Shown: in pieces, positions 35,662 through 49,651 of the stretch
Layout of the letters: each line of letters starts with the position of its first letter
Numbering within the stretch: the stretch's first letter is position 1
NCBI RefSeq assembly: GCF_963506605.1
Contig: NC_083283.1
Location: forward strand, 63,860,001-63,924,000
DNA length: 64,000 bases
Origin: Zootoca vivipara
Lineage: Eukaryota
Reading direction: 5' to 3'
The notes under the pieces: generated by a model
What the model was told of the DNA's origin: nothing
The model's database searches: none
What the model saw: only the letters and a program-made list of their open reading frames with translations
Program-made: the position numbers and the translations under genes

Positions 35662-36430
35662 CTAAAAAGCAATGACAAAAAGGTAATATTGCAGCTATAA
35701 AACAGCACTGAAGTGAGTTTTCCAATGGTGTAATACCGTTAATTGATTTCACATTCTATGGTAATTGTATGGAGGACAATTTCTCAAACAGTATAAAAGG
35801 ACATGAGCAGACCAGTACAATTACAGAGCATTTTCTACAAAAACAGAAAAATAGCTCTTTACTCACAGGTACTTTTTCACCCAGCTCTGCCACAACTCAA
35901 GTCAGCTCATGTAGCCTTACGTACTGTTTGAGAGAAAGTCCTCCATAAATATTTGCTATGGTCATGGCAGGCAGCCATGGGTGCGAATGTGTGTTTCAAT
36001 GTCTCTTAAGTTTAATATGCATTTTAAGGTCTTCTTGTGATAGGTGCTGAAATGGAAATCTACGGGCACTCTCTGAAGAGAATGTATATCACCTCACTGA
36101 AAATTATGCAGAGTTCACCGGCAGCATTAAAAACAGATGATCATCTAGACATGAAAATTTAATGGGCAGATCAGTCATCCACACAACTTTTCTGGGGGGG
36201 AAACAGAATATATCTACACACAGAGGCACTCTCTCGCGTGAACTCTTTTGCAAGTGCACATGTGAGCTCTTAATGTCATTACTGGAAATGGCGCAGAATC
36301 ACACCCTTCGGCCAGGTTCCAAAAAAAGAGCCTTGCCTCTTGGTTTTACTAGAGAGGCCATCTGCTGCTGAAGAGACTAGCTTGCATTTAGATGGCACAG
36401 TGGCTTGTATCTTTGATAGCAGGAAAGGAA

Positions 36431-36431
<1 letters not shown>

Positions 36432-36483
<52 letters not shown>
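36432..36483. repeat. (AAT)n microsatellite
   Basis: Direct reading. Confidence 0.98.
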
Positions 36484-36485
<2 letters not shown>

Positions 36486-36603
36486 TTTATTATTTATTAT
36501 TAAAATGCTTCAGTGAGACCAGAAAGCAAAGCTCAGGCTGTGCATAGCTCTCTCCCATGACTCTCTTCTCTTCGTACCAGGTTTCCCCCCGCTACAAGCT
36601 ACA

Positions 36604-36638
36604 ATTCATTCATTCATTCATTCATTCATTCATTCATT
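36604..36638. repeat. (ATTC)n microsatellite
   Basis: Direct reading. Confidence 0.95.
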
Positions 36639-36771
36639 TAAAAATACCTAGGACAAGATGCAAAACATAAAGCAAACAACTATACAACAAGCAACTACAA
36701 AACAATAAAAACAAATAAAGGCAGCTAAGACAACAAAACAACTTTTCTCTAGTCTTAAGAGTAAAAACACA

Positions 36772-36830
36772 ACTATATGTTGATTTTTAAAGATTTTCAA
36801 TAAAGATTGTTTTTAAAAAATTTAAAAAAA
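36772..36830 (+). mobile_element. Minimal L1-type retro-insertion (3' tail only)
   Basis: AATAAA plus A-rich tail between perfect 15-bp TSDs aagagtaaaaacaca at a TT/AAGA site. Confidence 0.75.
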
Positions 36831-37629
36831 AAGAGTAAAAACACAAAAGGGTTTTTGCCAAACATATTTCACTGATTTTGCAATAATATAACTACCGGTA
36901 AATGAACATGGTAACATTCGTACAAAGAAAAAATGTGAACATGGCCCCTCTTGCTAGAAGCTTAGTAAGTATTCAGATTCAGATTCTATTTTTTGATCTT
37001 CACTTATGTTTGTTTACTGTATATTTTTGTAGTTGCTTCAACAGGGATCTTATATGTTATATCACCAGAGTCTTTGGCACCCAAAGGAGAAAGGACACAC
37101 ATGAACATTGTTCAGCAATTAGGAAGTCACATTGATGCAGCCAACAATGTAATCTCCATTTTGGACGCATTAACCATATGTAACAAATTGGCATCAACTG
37201 GCATAGAAAGCATCTGTTTCTTTCCTCCTTTCAGTACTGCTACATTATGGGTTATTTTCTCTGCAAGTGCTATTCTCCATGCATTCTTAAGCCATAGATC
37301 TAGTCCTATACCTTGTACATTTCATCAAGTTTGGCCTATTGCTTTGGAACACAGAAGCTAAGCAGGACTTCAGTGTAATAGCTCTGAAACACAGAATTCT
37401 CAGTCACCACGTTCCCCTCATAATTCATTTTACACCGAGAATCTGTTGGGTGCTGAACCTTCCCCACCCTCCATTTTTGCCATGCAAGACCCTGTCGTCC
37501 TGGTTTTTTAAACTGTTTTATTCTCCAGCAGGGCAGGGAAAATCCAGCAGATACATGAAGGCTAAATCTGGCAAACATTTTTTCCCCTTTCCCCTTTTTT
37601 TCCTCCCCCCCCCTTTTTGCAGGTTTTGC

Positions 37630-38070
37630 ATGTTAATTTATTTATTGTTTAAACAATACAGAAAAAAAACAAAACAACAACAAAAAAGTAATAAAAAATT
37701 GAAAACAATCCAAAAACACTGAAAACAAATATTACATACTTATCATATAATACTCCCCCCCTGCACACACAGCTTCCCTCCGCCACAATTCGACTTCTTT
37801 GAATCTCTATTTCCACCTTTATCTTCGCATTCTCCAAATGTATCATTCTTTATATTTCTTTTCTCTCGCCTCTCTTCCAATTCATAGATATACTTTACAT
37901 TTTTATTCTAGGCATATTAGCATACCTTTCTTAGAACAACATTTAATCTTGGAAACATTTCCATTCCTTTTTTAATTTTTGATTTGACTGATATCTTATG
38001 ATTGAGGCTAGCTTTGCCAGTTCTATATATTCATTTTAATTTCCAAATCCACTCCTCTTTTGAGGGCAAG
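37630..38070 (-). mobile_element. L1 LINE 3' end (degenerate ORF2 C-terminus and 3'UTR)
   Basis: Reverse reads PSKEEWIWKL/EYIELAKLASIIRYQSNQKLKKEWKCF, similar to the copy at 60521; G-rich tract and AATAAA in the UTR. Confidence 0.72.
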
Positions 38071-39543
38071 AATTGAGATTTCCATTTAGAAGCAATCACT
38101 ACCCTGGCAAAACTGGCAAATATTTTCTGCTCCTCCACCACTCCTACCCTCCAAACGTTTCAGCCCAAACGAGAAATTACATTAAGACATGTCTGCTGGC
38201 GCAACCTGCAGTTTTGCCCTTAAAATGCACTGCCAAATTATCCTCAGGTGCATCAAGTGTATACAGATTTCCTTACTCCCCCCCCCCCCCGCCCACAGCA
38301 GCTGATGTGCTGTCCTGATTAATGCAATATATTATCTCAATAAGAAAATTGTATTTTACGCCTGGAAAATGCTTTATGACAGAATAGTGAAATCCTAAGT
38401 GAATACCTGATAAAGCAATAAACCTGTAGGAAGGGCAAATTTACGGTGCAGTCATTAATACAGACCTGGCAGCACATGACGCAAACACTTTAATGAATAT
38501 CTGATAAGGAATACTGTGAGAGTTTTAAATTAACAGTCCCACAGCGATCCCAATTGTGAATCACAAATGATTATCCAACTTGTTACATGAATAAACTTGT
38601 CAAACAAATTCATCGCCTGTATAGCAATTTCGAAACTCAACTCTCGATAAAGCCATCACACTTGATGAAATGCCAGTGTCCGTGAAAGATGCTTCTCCTG
38701 TTAACACCAATGCCACAGTTGCATGTTAAAGAGTTTCTACAGATAATGTATGGCCACAAAGCTCATGCGGACTGGTTGATTTATATTATCGATGCAATAA
38801 AGCACTGGCGTGATTGAGGCAGTATTTTTTATAGCAAAAATAAAAATAAAAATATTTATTCTACTGTACACAATTGTATGCCCCAAGGTTTGCATTTCAC
38901 ATTTACATATATGAGATTTATGAACTACGTGTGTACACACACAGTTTTAATTTCCCCAATGAGTTGTTTATAAAATGATTTTAAACCCCACCTTTTGCTC
39001 CCTCCCTCATTCCTATGTGGCCCTAAAGGTGGCTCACAACACGTTAAAAAGTTAATACAATTAATTTACTGCAAGCAGAAAAGGGGGCAGGGAAAAGAAG
39101 CATCTTGGAAAGTCAGTTTTAAAAACGGTGTTAAATTTGAAATAATTTGTTTTTTTTAAATGGAAACCCAATAAAATTGGACAACCCCCCACCTTAATAC
39201 AATTAAAGCAAAGCAAAACTTTAAAAGCCAATAAAATATAATTCCAAACAAGAAGTGGTGAGTGGGGGCAGGGTGCGGGAAATAACCTAAAAAGCCAACC
39301 AAGAGTGGCCAACTAGACCTGTTACTTCAAGGATTATTTCAGCGTTGCTATCCAGGCTCTTGGTGTGTTGGGTTTTTTGCAGGAGAGGGTGGAGTGGGTA
39401 AGGGAAATTCAGTTGGGGAAGCTGAATTTGTAGCAGCAACATGGGAGTGTGCGATTAACTACTTTCCCACCCATGTGAGAAAAAGGAAGATGCTTACGAA
39501 GTGGTCTGGTCTGCTGTTGCTGGAATGAACACTCAGATGGGTA

Positions 39544-39938
39544 GAATAGAATAGAATAGAATAGAATAGAATAGAATACTTTATTACGGTCAAAGACCAG
39601 CTCTTATAAAAATCCCTTTGGAAGAACAGTTCCAAGGAACATAACATATATGCGACACTTTATACAACAATAAAATTGATATTTGTAAATGCAATGCGCA
39701 AGTACTTAAAACTTAAAAAGCTGCCGCAGAGGACTGGGCCTAGATTGCTCGGGGAACCGTATTTTGGGATGTTCAGACGGGCTGGTTATTCTCAGGAGAA
39801 AGTCTGTGTCTGCATATCTGGACACAGAATCTGGCGACCGTCCTGCTAATCTTCTGGTCTTTGCCTAGCAGGAGCAGGTCGTATATTTACTTTTCCGGGA
39901 GGCTTACTGACTTCGCCAGTATGGGGTCCAGGATCTCC
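39544..39938 (-). mobile_element. Non-LTR retrotransposon 3' end (RTEX-like, clade tentative) with (TTCTA)n tail
   Basis: Reverse reads EILDPILAK..YDLLLLGKDQKISRTVARFCVQICRHR; ends ggtctttgaccgtaataaag(tattc)n; perfect 12-bp TSD ctcagatgggta. Confidence 0.75.
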
Positions 39939-41484
39939 CTCAGATGGGTATATTCATGTAAAAGTCTCAAATCCTTTATGGCTGTTTGACCTGAGCTGAT
40001 GACACTGCTGCAGTGTATAAATAAGAAATAAATAAATAAGAAATAACCACCATAAATGCTCTTGGAATGCACTGCTTGCTTTTTAACAATGTCACCTGGA
40101 GTTTATCCAGGAACCGGCATCAGAACCTTGCTTGCTGTAAATCCCAATCTCTTCTGATCCCACCCGTCACCCCCATTACCATGCCTGGGTATAGCCCTGA
40201 ATAGAGCAAGATCCATTGATAAAAATAATAATAAAAGCAACATAAATGATTTAGAACTCATGAAAACAGAATTCCTTGCATGATTTAGTGCTGGCGTTGG
40301 GGTTTTGTGCTTTCAACAGTTGTGACAGGCAGAAAATCAACGGGATAAGACTCTCCTAGGATAGGAATACAATTATGGGGAAGGCTTTACCTGCTGACAT
40401 CCCGCCCAAAAAACATCTTAGTACTTGTGTGTGGCCCACAATTCACCTTGGGACCCTCCACTCCAGCCACAAAACAGGATACAAATCACCAAACCCAGGA
40501 AACCCACTTCTGCATATAACATAGCGGCTAAGACTGATCTGTTAATTCAACTCGTGTCCCCAGCATCCTCCTAGGGTTAAGGCACTCCTTTGTGCTTTTA
40601 TTGCACCGATTTCCACCTTTTCCTAATTAAATAGCTTCCTAGGAGGAAACTATTAGGACATCAAAATTCATGCCAGGTGCAAAATACACACCTCCTGAGC
40701 AATTGCCAGCACAAATATTGCTGTTTAAAATTTACAGCACAGTGTAAAACAAAGGCAAATCTCTGTCATCATTCAATTTGAGCAGAAAAGTCCCACTAGT
40801 CATATATAGCTAAACAGATTTCCTCTCCTGGTTGCTAAGGCCTCGCAATCTAGGAAAACGTGACTCGTGATCCTGCATACATCTTAATATGCAAAAATTA
40901 CAGGGGAAAGTAACAAAACGAACCCAGGAATGCACAGGGCACCTGTAAAAGCTTCTCTGGGCCAGTGATGGAGCTGCAGTAATAGTCTGAGAAGTCACCA
41001 AGGCAACTTCTAAATGTGGTTTAGCAGATTTCACCACCACCAGATGTGGTTTGCTTCTTCACTGCACTGGACATTGCTATAGCTATAGTGAAAATTAGCC
41101 TTTGGGGTCGGTGGGTAAGATACGCCCAGCCTTCTTTAAGCCAGTATATGGCATCAATTTGATGTTCCCTAAGAGGTCATTCCGAAAGGTTCCAAATGCT
41201 CTGTTCAGCAACTGGCCTAAGCTCAGAAGTGGTGGCTGTGACTTCCTAATTGGGATTCCCATAATATCCACATCCCTTCGGTTTCCTAGAAAATGTGTGC
41301 CCTTTGCCACATGGTGGCTTCATATGATCTTACAGCAAGGTGCATGCAACCTGGTAGAAGTCAACCACGTTAGTCATATGACAGCGAACTGGTTGAACTG
41401 GGAGCACAGAGTGGGGTTGTTAAAGCCTCCCCCACTTGCTCTTCCCATCCCCATGCCGCCCAGCTCATGATAGATCAGCTAGGC

Positions 41485-42115
41485 CAGGGGTCAGCAAACT
41501 TTTTCAGCAGGGGGTCAGTCCACTGTCCCTCAGAGCTTGTGGGGGGCCGGACTATAATTTTTGGGGAGGGGGATTGAACAAATTCCTATGCCCCACAAAT
41601 AACCCATGTCAGGAGTGTGTGCAGGAGCCGGGCCCTGGGACCAGCAGGGCTTTGCAGGACTTGGGGTCCTTGGAGGCAGGGCACGGCCGCACAGGTGAGG
41701 CCACTTGGTATTTGCTGCACCTGGTGACTAGAGCCGGCAGGGGATATAAGGCCAGCATTTCCACTCAGCTCTTTGCCACAGCAACGCACTCTCTGCATCG
41801 CCGTGTGCCTCTTTACCTTTTGACTGTGACTTCGTGCCTTGACCCTCGAACTGTGACTTCTTCCCTTGTGCTTCTTGACCCTTGGACCTCTGCTCTTCGG
41901 ACGTTTGTGCCTACCATCTTGCCCCCGGTCCTGACACTCCTTGCTGGGACTTCACTCATAAACATCTCGGACCGTGGCAACCCAGAAAGGCATTTTAAAT
42001 AAAAGGACACATTCTACACATGTAAAAACAGGTTGATTCCCGGACCGCCTGCGGGCCAGATTTAGAAGGCAATTGGGCCTGATCCGACCCCCGGGCCTTA
42101 GTTTGTCTACCCATG
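41485..42115 (+). mobile_element. hAT (Charlie-type) MITE split by a solo LTR
   Basis: Same family as 4649/6456; perfect 8-bp TSD agctaggc. Confidence 0.9.
41607..41979 (+). mobile_element. Solo LTR (373 bp)
   Basis: TGTCA...TGGCA termini, perfect 5-bp TSD accca, TATAA at 41745; absent from sister MITE copies. Confidence 0.88.
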
Positions 42116-44464
42116 AGCTAGGCAGTATGGACAGGTGGGCAGAGCTCCCCAGGGCTTGGCAGGCCTGACAGAATGGCTGAGGGTCAGGGGTTGCATTTGG
42201 AAACTGCACCAGCATCATTTAATAAAAAAGAAAGCATCAACAATATGTGTAAGGCTGTAAATTAGTCCTGGCCACAGACCTAGGCTTCATTACACTGGAC
42301 TTCGCACACCCTCAAATAATAACTGCTTGCATTTCCGAAGCTTAACAAACAAATGAATTAAAAGTGTATCACATCTGCAGTTGTGGGTTTTTTTTGGGGG
42401 GGGGGGTTTGCATCTGATAGCAAAGTTGAATGCGAGTTGTAACTGCCATTTGCACACTTCCCTTCTGAATTCCAAGTACATCTGGTGGCAGATTTAACCA
42501 GCCAGCTAAGGAAGGGAACCAACAAAAGAATCCTGGTTGGACTAGAAGCAAAACAAAACTACAGAGTGCATCACCTTAGCCTACTACATTAGTGGGTAAA
42601 ATACTCAAAATATTCCTTCAATAAATCCATTATCAGGATTTATTTACATTTACCAGGGGACGGGGACGGGGGGAGGACATGCCACTGAACTGAATGGAGC
42701 TCACTTATGAGAAAACATGTGCTTAAGATTGACTTTTAAAAAGAAAAAATGCAACTAGAAAACTGCCTGATGTTAAGAAGTGATAGATGCAGAGGATGAG
42801 CTTGCATACTGAGGGGATTTTTCTTCTTCTTTTTGTGAGGGGGGGTAGTGTATTTATGTGTGCTGTGTACCCAGAAATACATTTCTCCTCTCCCCATTCC
42901 TTATAAGTCAGTGCAGGTTGTGTTTGGAGCAGGGAGGTAGGTTTCGCCCTCCTTGCAAATGTTGTCCAAAACTGTTAAAAGGGATTCACTTAAGTGGGAG
43001 AAACCACACTGGCGTATCTGAAGACACAACTGGAGTACCTGGTACCTGACCCATTGACACCAGTCCTTAAGTATTAATCTTAATGTTATCTGCACAATCC
43101 AAGCTGCCATTTTTTCTTGGTCACTGAGAAGCGTGACAGAATGTTGGGAGCTTTTATGGAGATGGTAACCTAGAAGGGCCTTTATATATGCAAATATATC
43201 TCAGCAACGGAAATTGCTCTATGGATTACTTAAGCATTCAATGCAACCATTATACGTTACCTTTCGGAATAATAATAAAGACTACGCTTTGTGTAGTCAA
43301 GGATTCATTTTTTATATGTATTCATTTATGAGCTGTTTGTTGAAAGAAGTCTCAGAGGCAAAGCTCTTGAGTGGATAAAAATTTAGAGTGCATTCTGCAC
43401 TGTGGCACATTTACTTTTTGAAAACGGACCTGCTTTCCTTGGGTACTACTTAAGGAAGCATTAGGACTTAACCGCAGTTGGATTTGGTTTCGTCTTTGGG
43501 AATAAAGAATTAAAGGTATTACCCATGCCACAGAACTATGCCACTGGAAATGAATGTGTGTATATTTATTTTCAATCCGGAGCTAAGTTTAACACTCGAA
43601 ACAAAATGGATCAACATTCTATTAGAATGTACAGAATCTGCTTTTTGGGGTAAAAAATTAAAATAAATCCAAACAAATTGAAGGGCAGGGAGAGTAGAAG
43701 GAAAACAACGCCATGATGAAGCAACAGCCAAGGGAACGAAGGGGCAGCACAGCCCTGTGAACATTTGACATGTTGAGTATTTTTCAGTATCTGCCTGTCT
43801 GCATCAATTGTGCTACTTTCAAAGCACATATCAAATTTAGAGAACGTTGACACAGCACTAATATATTGTCTCTATGTGAATTGGAGCTGAAGTTTGATAC
43901 ATCTGATTTTTCTTTTGTCTCCTGCTGCTCTGATAATGAGCTTTCTGCATTTCCTAATCATATGCACTCTTTCTTCCTGGAATTTCAGACCTGGGTTACT
44001 TCTCCACTAAAATATGGACAACCCTATCACACACTCTTAAAAGGGAAGGGGGGCACCTTTGAGATGTGATCATGACATATTTATTCATATTAAAACCAAG
44101 ATTTATATCCTGCCTCATTGCAGAAGCTAACACCAAATAAATATAAAAAAAATGTAGCAGTGAAGTTGTGGGGGATCATTGATTTCTAGCCTATAATGTA
44201 GCTGGACTTAGCATTGACTAAAAGAAGGCAGGATAGCATATGGGAAATGGGTGCAATGGGGGGAGGGATTCATTATAAGCAGGAGGAAAGCTAATAATTA
44301 ATAACAGATGGTAATAAATGATTTATATGAGAGTATATTGGGCTTTCTCAGAAAGAAATGAAGGTCTTGGTCACATAAGATACAAACAGGTTTCAACATG
44401 TGTCCATTGGCTGGTACATCTGGGCAAAGAAATGAAGAACCCTTTTATTTAAAATGTAGAGATA

Positions 44465-44700
44465 CCCTGTTTCTCATATTTTAAGACATACCCATAAAAT
44501 AAGCCATAGCAGGATTTTTAAGCATTCAAGGAATATAAGCCATACCCCGAAAATAAGACATAGTGATAGGCGCAGCAGCAATGCCGGCCACGGCAAGGAG
44601 GAGGAGGAAAAAAATAAGACATCCCTTGAAAATAAGCCATAGTGTGTTTTTTTGAGGAAAAAATAAATATAAGACATGTCTTATAATATGAGAAACACGG
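44465..44700 (+). mobile_element. Tc2/pogo-like MITE
   Basis: TA|ccctgtttctcatatt...aatatgagaaacacgg|TA; repeated aaaataag(a/c)cat motifs. Confidence 0.88.
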
Positions 44701-45983
44701 TAGAAGATGGGTTTTTAGCTACTTGCAAAATTTGGGCTTTTCCTGTACTCTACCATCTGTTCTGCTATGAGAAGCAACCACAATGGTCTCATAAAACACA
44801 ATGGAGAGAAACAAGTTAACTGTGAAATGAAACTTGGTACAATCAGAGTCACATAAAGTGGATTTATGTTCAACAAGGCACCTTTAAATATGTGCCTGGC
44901 CAGAGCAGGACAGCACAGTGTACCTTAAAAGTTAAAGCATAAACCTTCCTGCTTCAGTTACAAACATACTTGGGAATCTGCGATGGCAGCTTCCACCCAA
45001 GATATTGGGGGTGGGGGCTGCGCAAAGATACGGATGCAGAGAAATCAACAGAAATGGATACCTTCCTTTGATCTCGTAATGCTTGCTATTCCAAGGGACA
45101 CAGCCTAACAAAGTTCATCTAGGATAGAAGGGATGGTGCAATTTCTTTAGAACTTTTGGGTGACTGACACCTAGGCTTAATATTGATTCAACCAAGTCCT
45201 TGGAATAATGCAACTCCCCTATAATGAGAAGGGGAGGCCCTGATGGGACTGCTATGACTGGCTGCAGTTGGCACTGACCCATCATAGGGCACAGGAGCTC
45301 TGCTGACAAGGAGGAACTGCTTCCACAATGTTAATCTACATGTGATGCTTAATGGTACCCAGGAAACTTAGGTGCCACCTTTATTCTTGGCTAAGGTGTG
45401 CTGCCAGTCCAGAGTCTTGCTTCCATCTCTTCCCATGCTTCATTTCTACCTTCTGCACAAATTTGAGTTCTTGGTAGGTAAGAGAAACAAAATGTGAAAA
45501 ATTCCAAGAGCTTGGGCCAAAAAGATGATTAGCCTAAGACAGAATTGGTACACATTGACCGTGAAAACCTAGCTGACGAAGAATTGCGAAACAGGGTCTT
45601 GTCCTGGAGTTTATTTCAACTGGAACTTATCCTTAACATAAAGAAATAAAGTCATTTAAAGACTGAATAGCTAATCATCTTTTTGGCCCGAGCTCTTGGA
45701 ATTTTTCGCATTTCATTTCTACCCTCTGCACATACATTTGAGTCCACAGCCCATGGAGGATGGCAACTTGCGCAATGGAGTGCAGCTGAGGTTGCAGGGC
45801 AGAAAATGGCCCTGTTTGCGCTCGCATGCTGCTTATTGCATTGCTTCAGTTCACTCTTGCAAACATAGGAATCATTTAGATCATGGCTGCATTTTTAAAG
45901 ATGCTATTCCTGATAGCATCTGGTCAATCATTATTAAGTTGTGTATCTCTTAGGAACAGTTGGGACGTCTGCTTATCTTACAT

Positions 45984-46119
45984 CAGGCATCCCCAAACTG
46001 CGGCCCTCCAGATGTTTTGGCCTACAACTCCCATGATCCCTAGCTAACAGGACCAGTGGTCGGGGAAGATGGGAGTTGTAGTCCAAAACATCTAGAGGGC
46101 CGAAGTTTGGGAATGCCTG
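45984..46119. mobile_element. Palindromic hAT MITE (same family as 376)
   Basis: caggcatccccaaac...gtttgggaatgcctg; perfect TSD tcttacat. Confidence 0.92.
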
Positions 46120-49089
46120 TCTTACATGATATGTTCCCTACGAAAGCACATCTAGGGGTTTTATTTTCCCAGAGAGAATAGTGAATGGAATTCTTACGAG
46201 CAAACCGTTATAAATACAATTTCATCAAAATCAGGACTGAAATCTTTGTGTTTTGCAATTTTCCTGGAGTCAACACCTAACTCTGAACAGAACTGGACTC
46301 TGAGTCACGATCTGGACGTTTGCTGGACTGCTGACTTGTGATTTTGATTGTTTGCTTAAGCCTTTCAATTTCAGTGCTGTGTTTTATTTTTAAACGCTTG
46401 CTAAACAGCATTTTAAATTGCTCCTAAATCTTTTAAAAATGCTTCTGAAGGGCATTTAAAAATAACTATTTTGTGCTAATAATGAATTATTGCTTCAAAA
46501 CAAACGATTAGAAACACTGCCGTAACATCTGCCAGTAGTGTAATATGTGATTGTGCGTGCTAGCTAGCAGAAACTGACAAAGGAGTGTGATTTTGACATA
46601 TGACATGCCCAGGTCATGATAAACCATGGTTTACTGGGACTTGAGAGAATGTTCTTGCTTCACTCCTCACCCCTGCCCCTAAGCATAAGCAACAAACTAC
46701 GATATCTGGCTTAGCACTATGTCCTAACCACGCTACACCACTGACATTTAGAATGTAAGAAGAACCCGCTGGATCAGACCAGTGGCCCATCTGTCCATGG
46801 TCTCACATGCTGTCTAGGGGAAGCCCACAAGCAGAACCAGAATGCAATAGCACTCTTCTCCCCTGTGGTTTTCAGTAACTGGAAGCTATGTCCTAGAAGT
46901 TCCAGTAAAACTAAACTCCCCTGTGCTTTCATGACTGGAGTGGGAACACAAAAATCCACACATATTTAATCAGGGACTCAGTGGTAGAAAACACCATTTC
47001 AGGTTGCCCACAGAAAGACCCAGGTACAGAGGGAGCTTGCATGGGCAGAACTAACCTTGGCTTCAAATCCTGTTTTGTTAGGAGTGAAACAAACCACAGC
47101 CTTCAGTTTGGATATTCTGCTAACCATGGTTCATTGTTCCTATTCATGTGAGGAGTGAAGAGAAAGCTGTCTAAACATTCACAGTAAAACCACTAACTGT
47201 GATTTACCATGACATGCAAATACAGCCAGGAGTAGCTACTCATGAGATGCCTCTTTCAAATGGTTCCTTGGCCATATACTCTGTAGTAATGGCATGTCAC
47301 AGTTTGTTATCCTGGAAGCTTGTTTGGAGTTGCATCTGTGAGAGCAGGACTCCACAGGAATCTGGGAGGAAGTTTTGCAGCTAGCAAATTCTCATATTTA
47401 CATGGTGGATTTAATTCCACTCTATTCAGTGGGCTCAGAGTTGCTTGTTCCCAAATCATTATCAAATTAAATGAAATTATTTGAGGGATAAAAGAGGCTA
47501 AATGAAATTTTAAAAAATGATTCTTTATAGACATAAAACCTATTGAAACAACAATCTTGAACAACCATATCTTATTGTACACAATCTGTTGCAATAAGCA
47601 TCAAAAGGGCAGAGTCAGCTACTTCTTTGTACTCAGTTACACATAAGGAGAATCAAAAGTGGTTTATCATTTATTTCTTTAACACCAGCCAATAAAATAA
47701 AAATTGCTTACAGCAGCTATATCAAGGAGTGATCGACCACAAGGCCATTCTATATTGTCTACAACTTGACTTTTCAGAGATCTTGGCATGGAAAACCAAT
47801 CTTTTGAATGATTTGATGCATGTCCATACCACAAATCATTATTCCATGCCAAAGCAGTTTTCAAAGTTGCCCCCAACCACCTTTTCCATGAGACAACAGC
47901 CCCGTGAAGAAAGAATGTACATTTAACTTCATGGATTTGGTCCTGAGTCACAATCAGACAGTATGCAAGGTGCATTTACAAAACTAAGTTGACTCACAGA
48001 AACCCATGGTAGAGGTCAATTGGATGCCACCGTATAAATATGACTGGTGCTGACTGTCTTTTACCCCCAGTTTGGAATGTGTGCTTTAGGTTGCCTGAAG
48101 AGTTCTCACGACTTTATAGAACCAAGTGGCACACATGCAGAATACATTTTCACTGAGTTGAATCTTACGGACAGAAACTGCAGCCAAATAACTCAGTTCT
48201 ACAATAATATATCTTACTTCCAATGTATAAGGCTCAGGATTCTTTGGTACTTGCCTAGATACTCTCACAAGTGTATGCAAACCCAGATATATGCACTTCA
48301 CACATATCCTCAATTACAATCAAGCTAATGAGCCAATAAATCAAATCACAGGCTGCACCTCATTATTTTAGGCATCCAAGTTCAATTTGCTTACTAATGG
48401 CTGCATGGCTGCTTTTAATAGATGTGCTATTAAAAAGTAAACATAATGAATGAATAACTATTTAGGCATCATTACCCTATAAAGATGAAAAATTTCAAAG
48501 AATGCGGAACCCATGGAAGCTACTTACTTATTTTTTTAATTGTGGAAAAATGCTAATCATAAACTCAGATTGCAAATGTACATTACACAGAGGAAAAGAG
48601 CTAGTAAAAGCATCAACAGGTCTTTCCCAACTTCATATTGATGCTGAATGAGCTGAAATGGCTAGTTTGTACACACATACTAGTTGTTTGTCCTGAATGA
48701 ACAGTACAGATGAGAGAGCAATTCCTCACCCCCACCAATTTGGCATATTTTGGGGTTTCCGAATATACCCAAACAAGGTTTTGATTTCTCAGCGGCCTCC
48801 TTTATTAATTTCATTATTTCAACATGGACACAGCAACATCCCAATCATTAAATTTGTTGTGGCACCTCTAATTCTCCTGCGTTGTGACATGACAACATCA
48901 CAGCGAAAGCATGCAGTTCCATAGCCCACCCAAAGCAAGGAACTTCACGAATGATTCCTTGATCCTGCGTATGTACAGAGAGAGACGTTATAGGAGGACC
49001 AATATACTAAGGGGATTTTTAATGCTTTTGGGTGGAATTGCAACATTTCCCAGCATTGGTGGATCTTCATCTTCCCACAACCACATGAG

Positions 49090-49528
49090 CCAACTTTGAC
49101 AGGTGGCCTGCCCCACCCACTTATCAATCATCTGATGTCATGACGGTGTCTAGTGATTGACAGGTGGATGATCCACCCATCATAGTGGGTCCACATGGGT
49201 GGGGTGAGAGGTCTTCTTTGCCAACTTGTTTCCCATAGAGAACACACTAGCTCAAAGCAGAACCCAGGAGGGCTGGACACTCTGTTACGCAGCTGATGAG
49301 CAGAGGGTTTCATCCTGCTTGCTGCAGAGGTCTGCTTCGCCAGCGAGCTCCCCGCAGAGAATGTGCTCGCAAAACAGCATGCATCCCTGCCCTGCTCAAG
49401 CTGACATTCCCCAGTGACGTCAGCCAATGGACAGGTTGGTGTGGTTTGGGGAAAGTGGCCTCACAGGCCAAGTTCGACCTCATGGTGGGCCAAGATTGGT
49501 CTGTGGTGCCAGAGGTTCCCCATCCCTG
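49090..49528. mobile_element. Old hAT/Charlie-like element (degenerate)
   Basis: Ends gaggttccccatccctg; left boundary uncertain. Confidence 0.45.
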
Positions 49529-49584
49529 CATTATAGCACAACTGGGCTGAACAGAAATGCCTCCAAGTCGACTATCTCTGATCT

Positions 49585-49651
49585 GAGAGTGGCTGGGGGA
49601 ACCCGGCCAGATGGGCGGGGTATAAATAATAAATTATTATTATTATTATTA
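49585..49651 (+). mobile_element. L2-type 3' tail with (TTA)n
   Basis: gtggctgggggaacccggccagatgggcggggtataaataataaattattatt. Confidence 0.6.

Noticed and set aside
41436-42002. 188-aa ORF
   Set aside because: Chance frame across a MITE/LTR junction with no recognisable domain.
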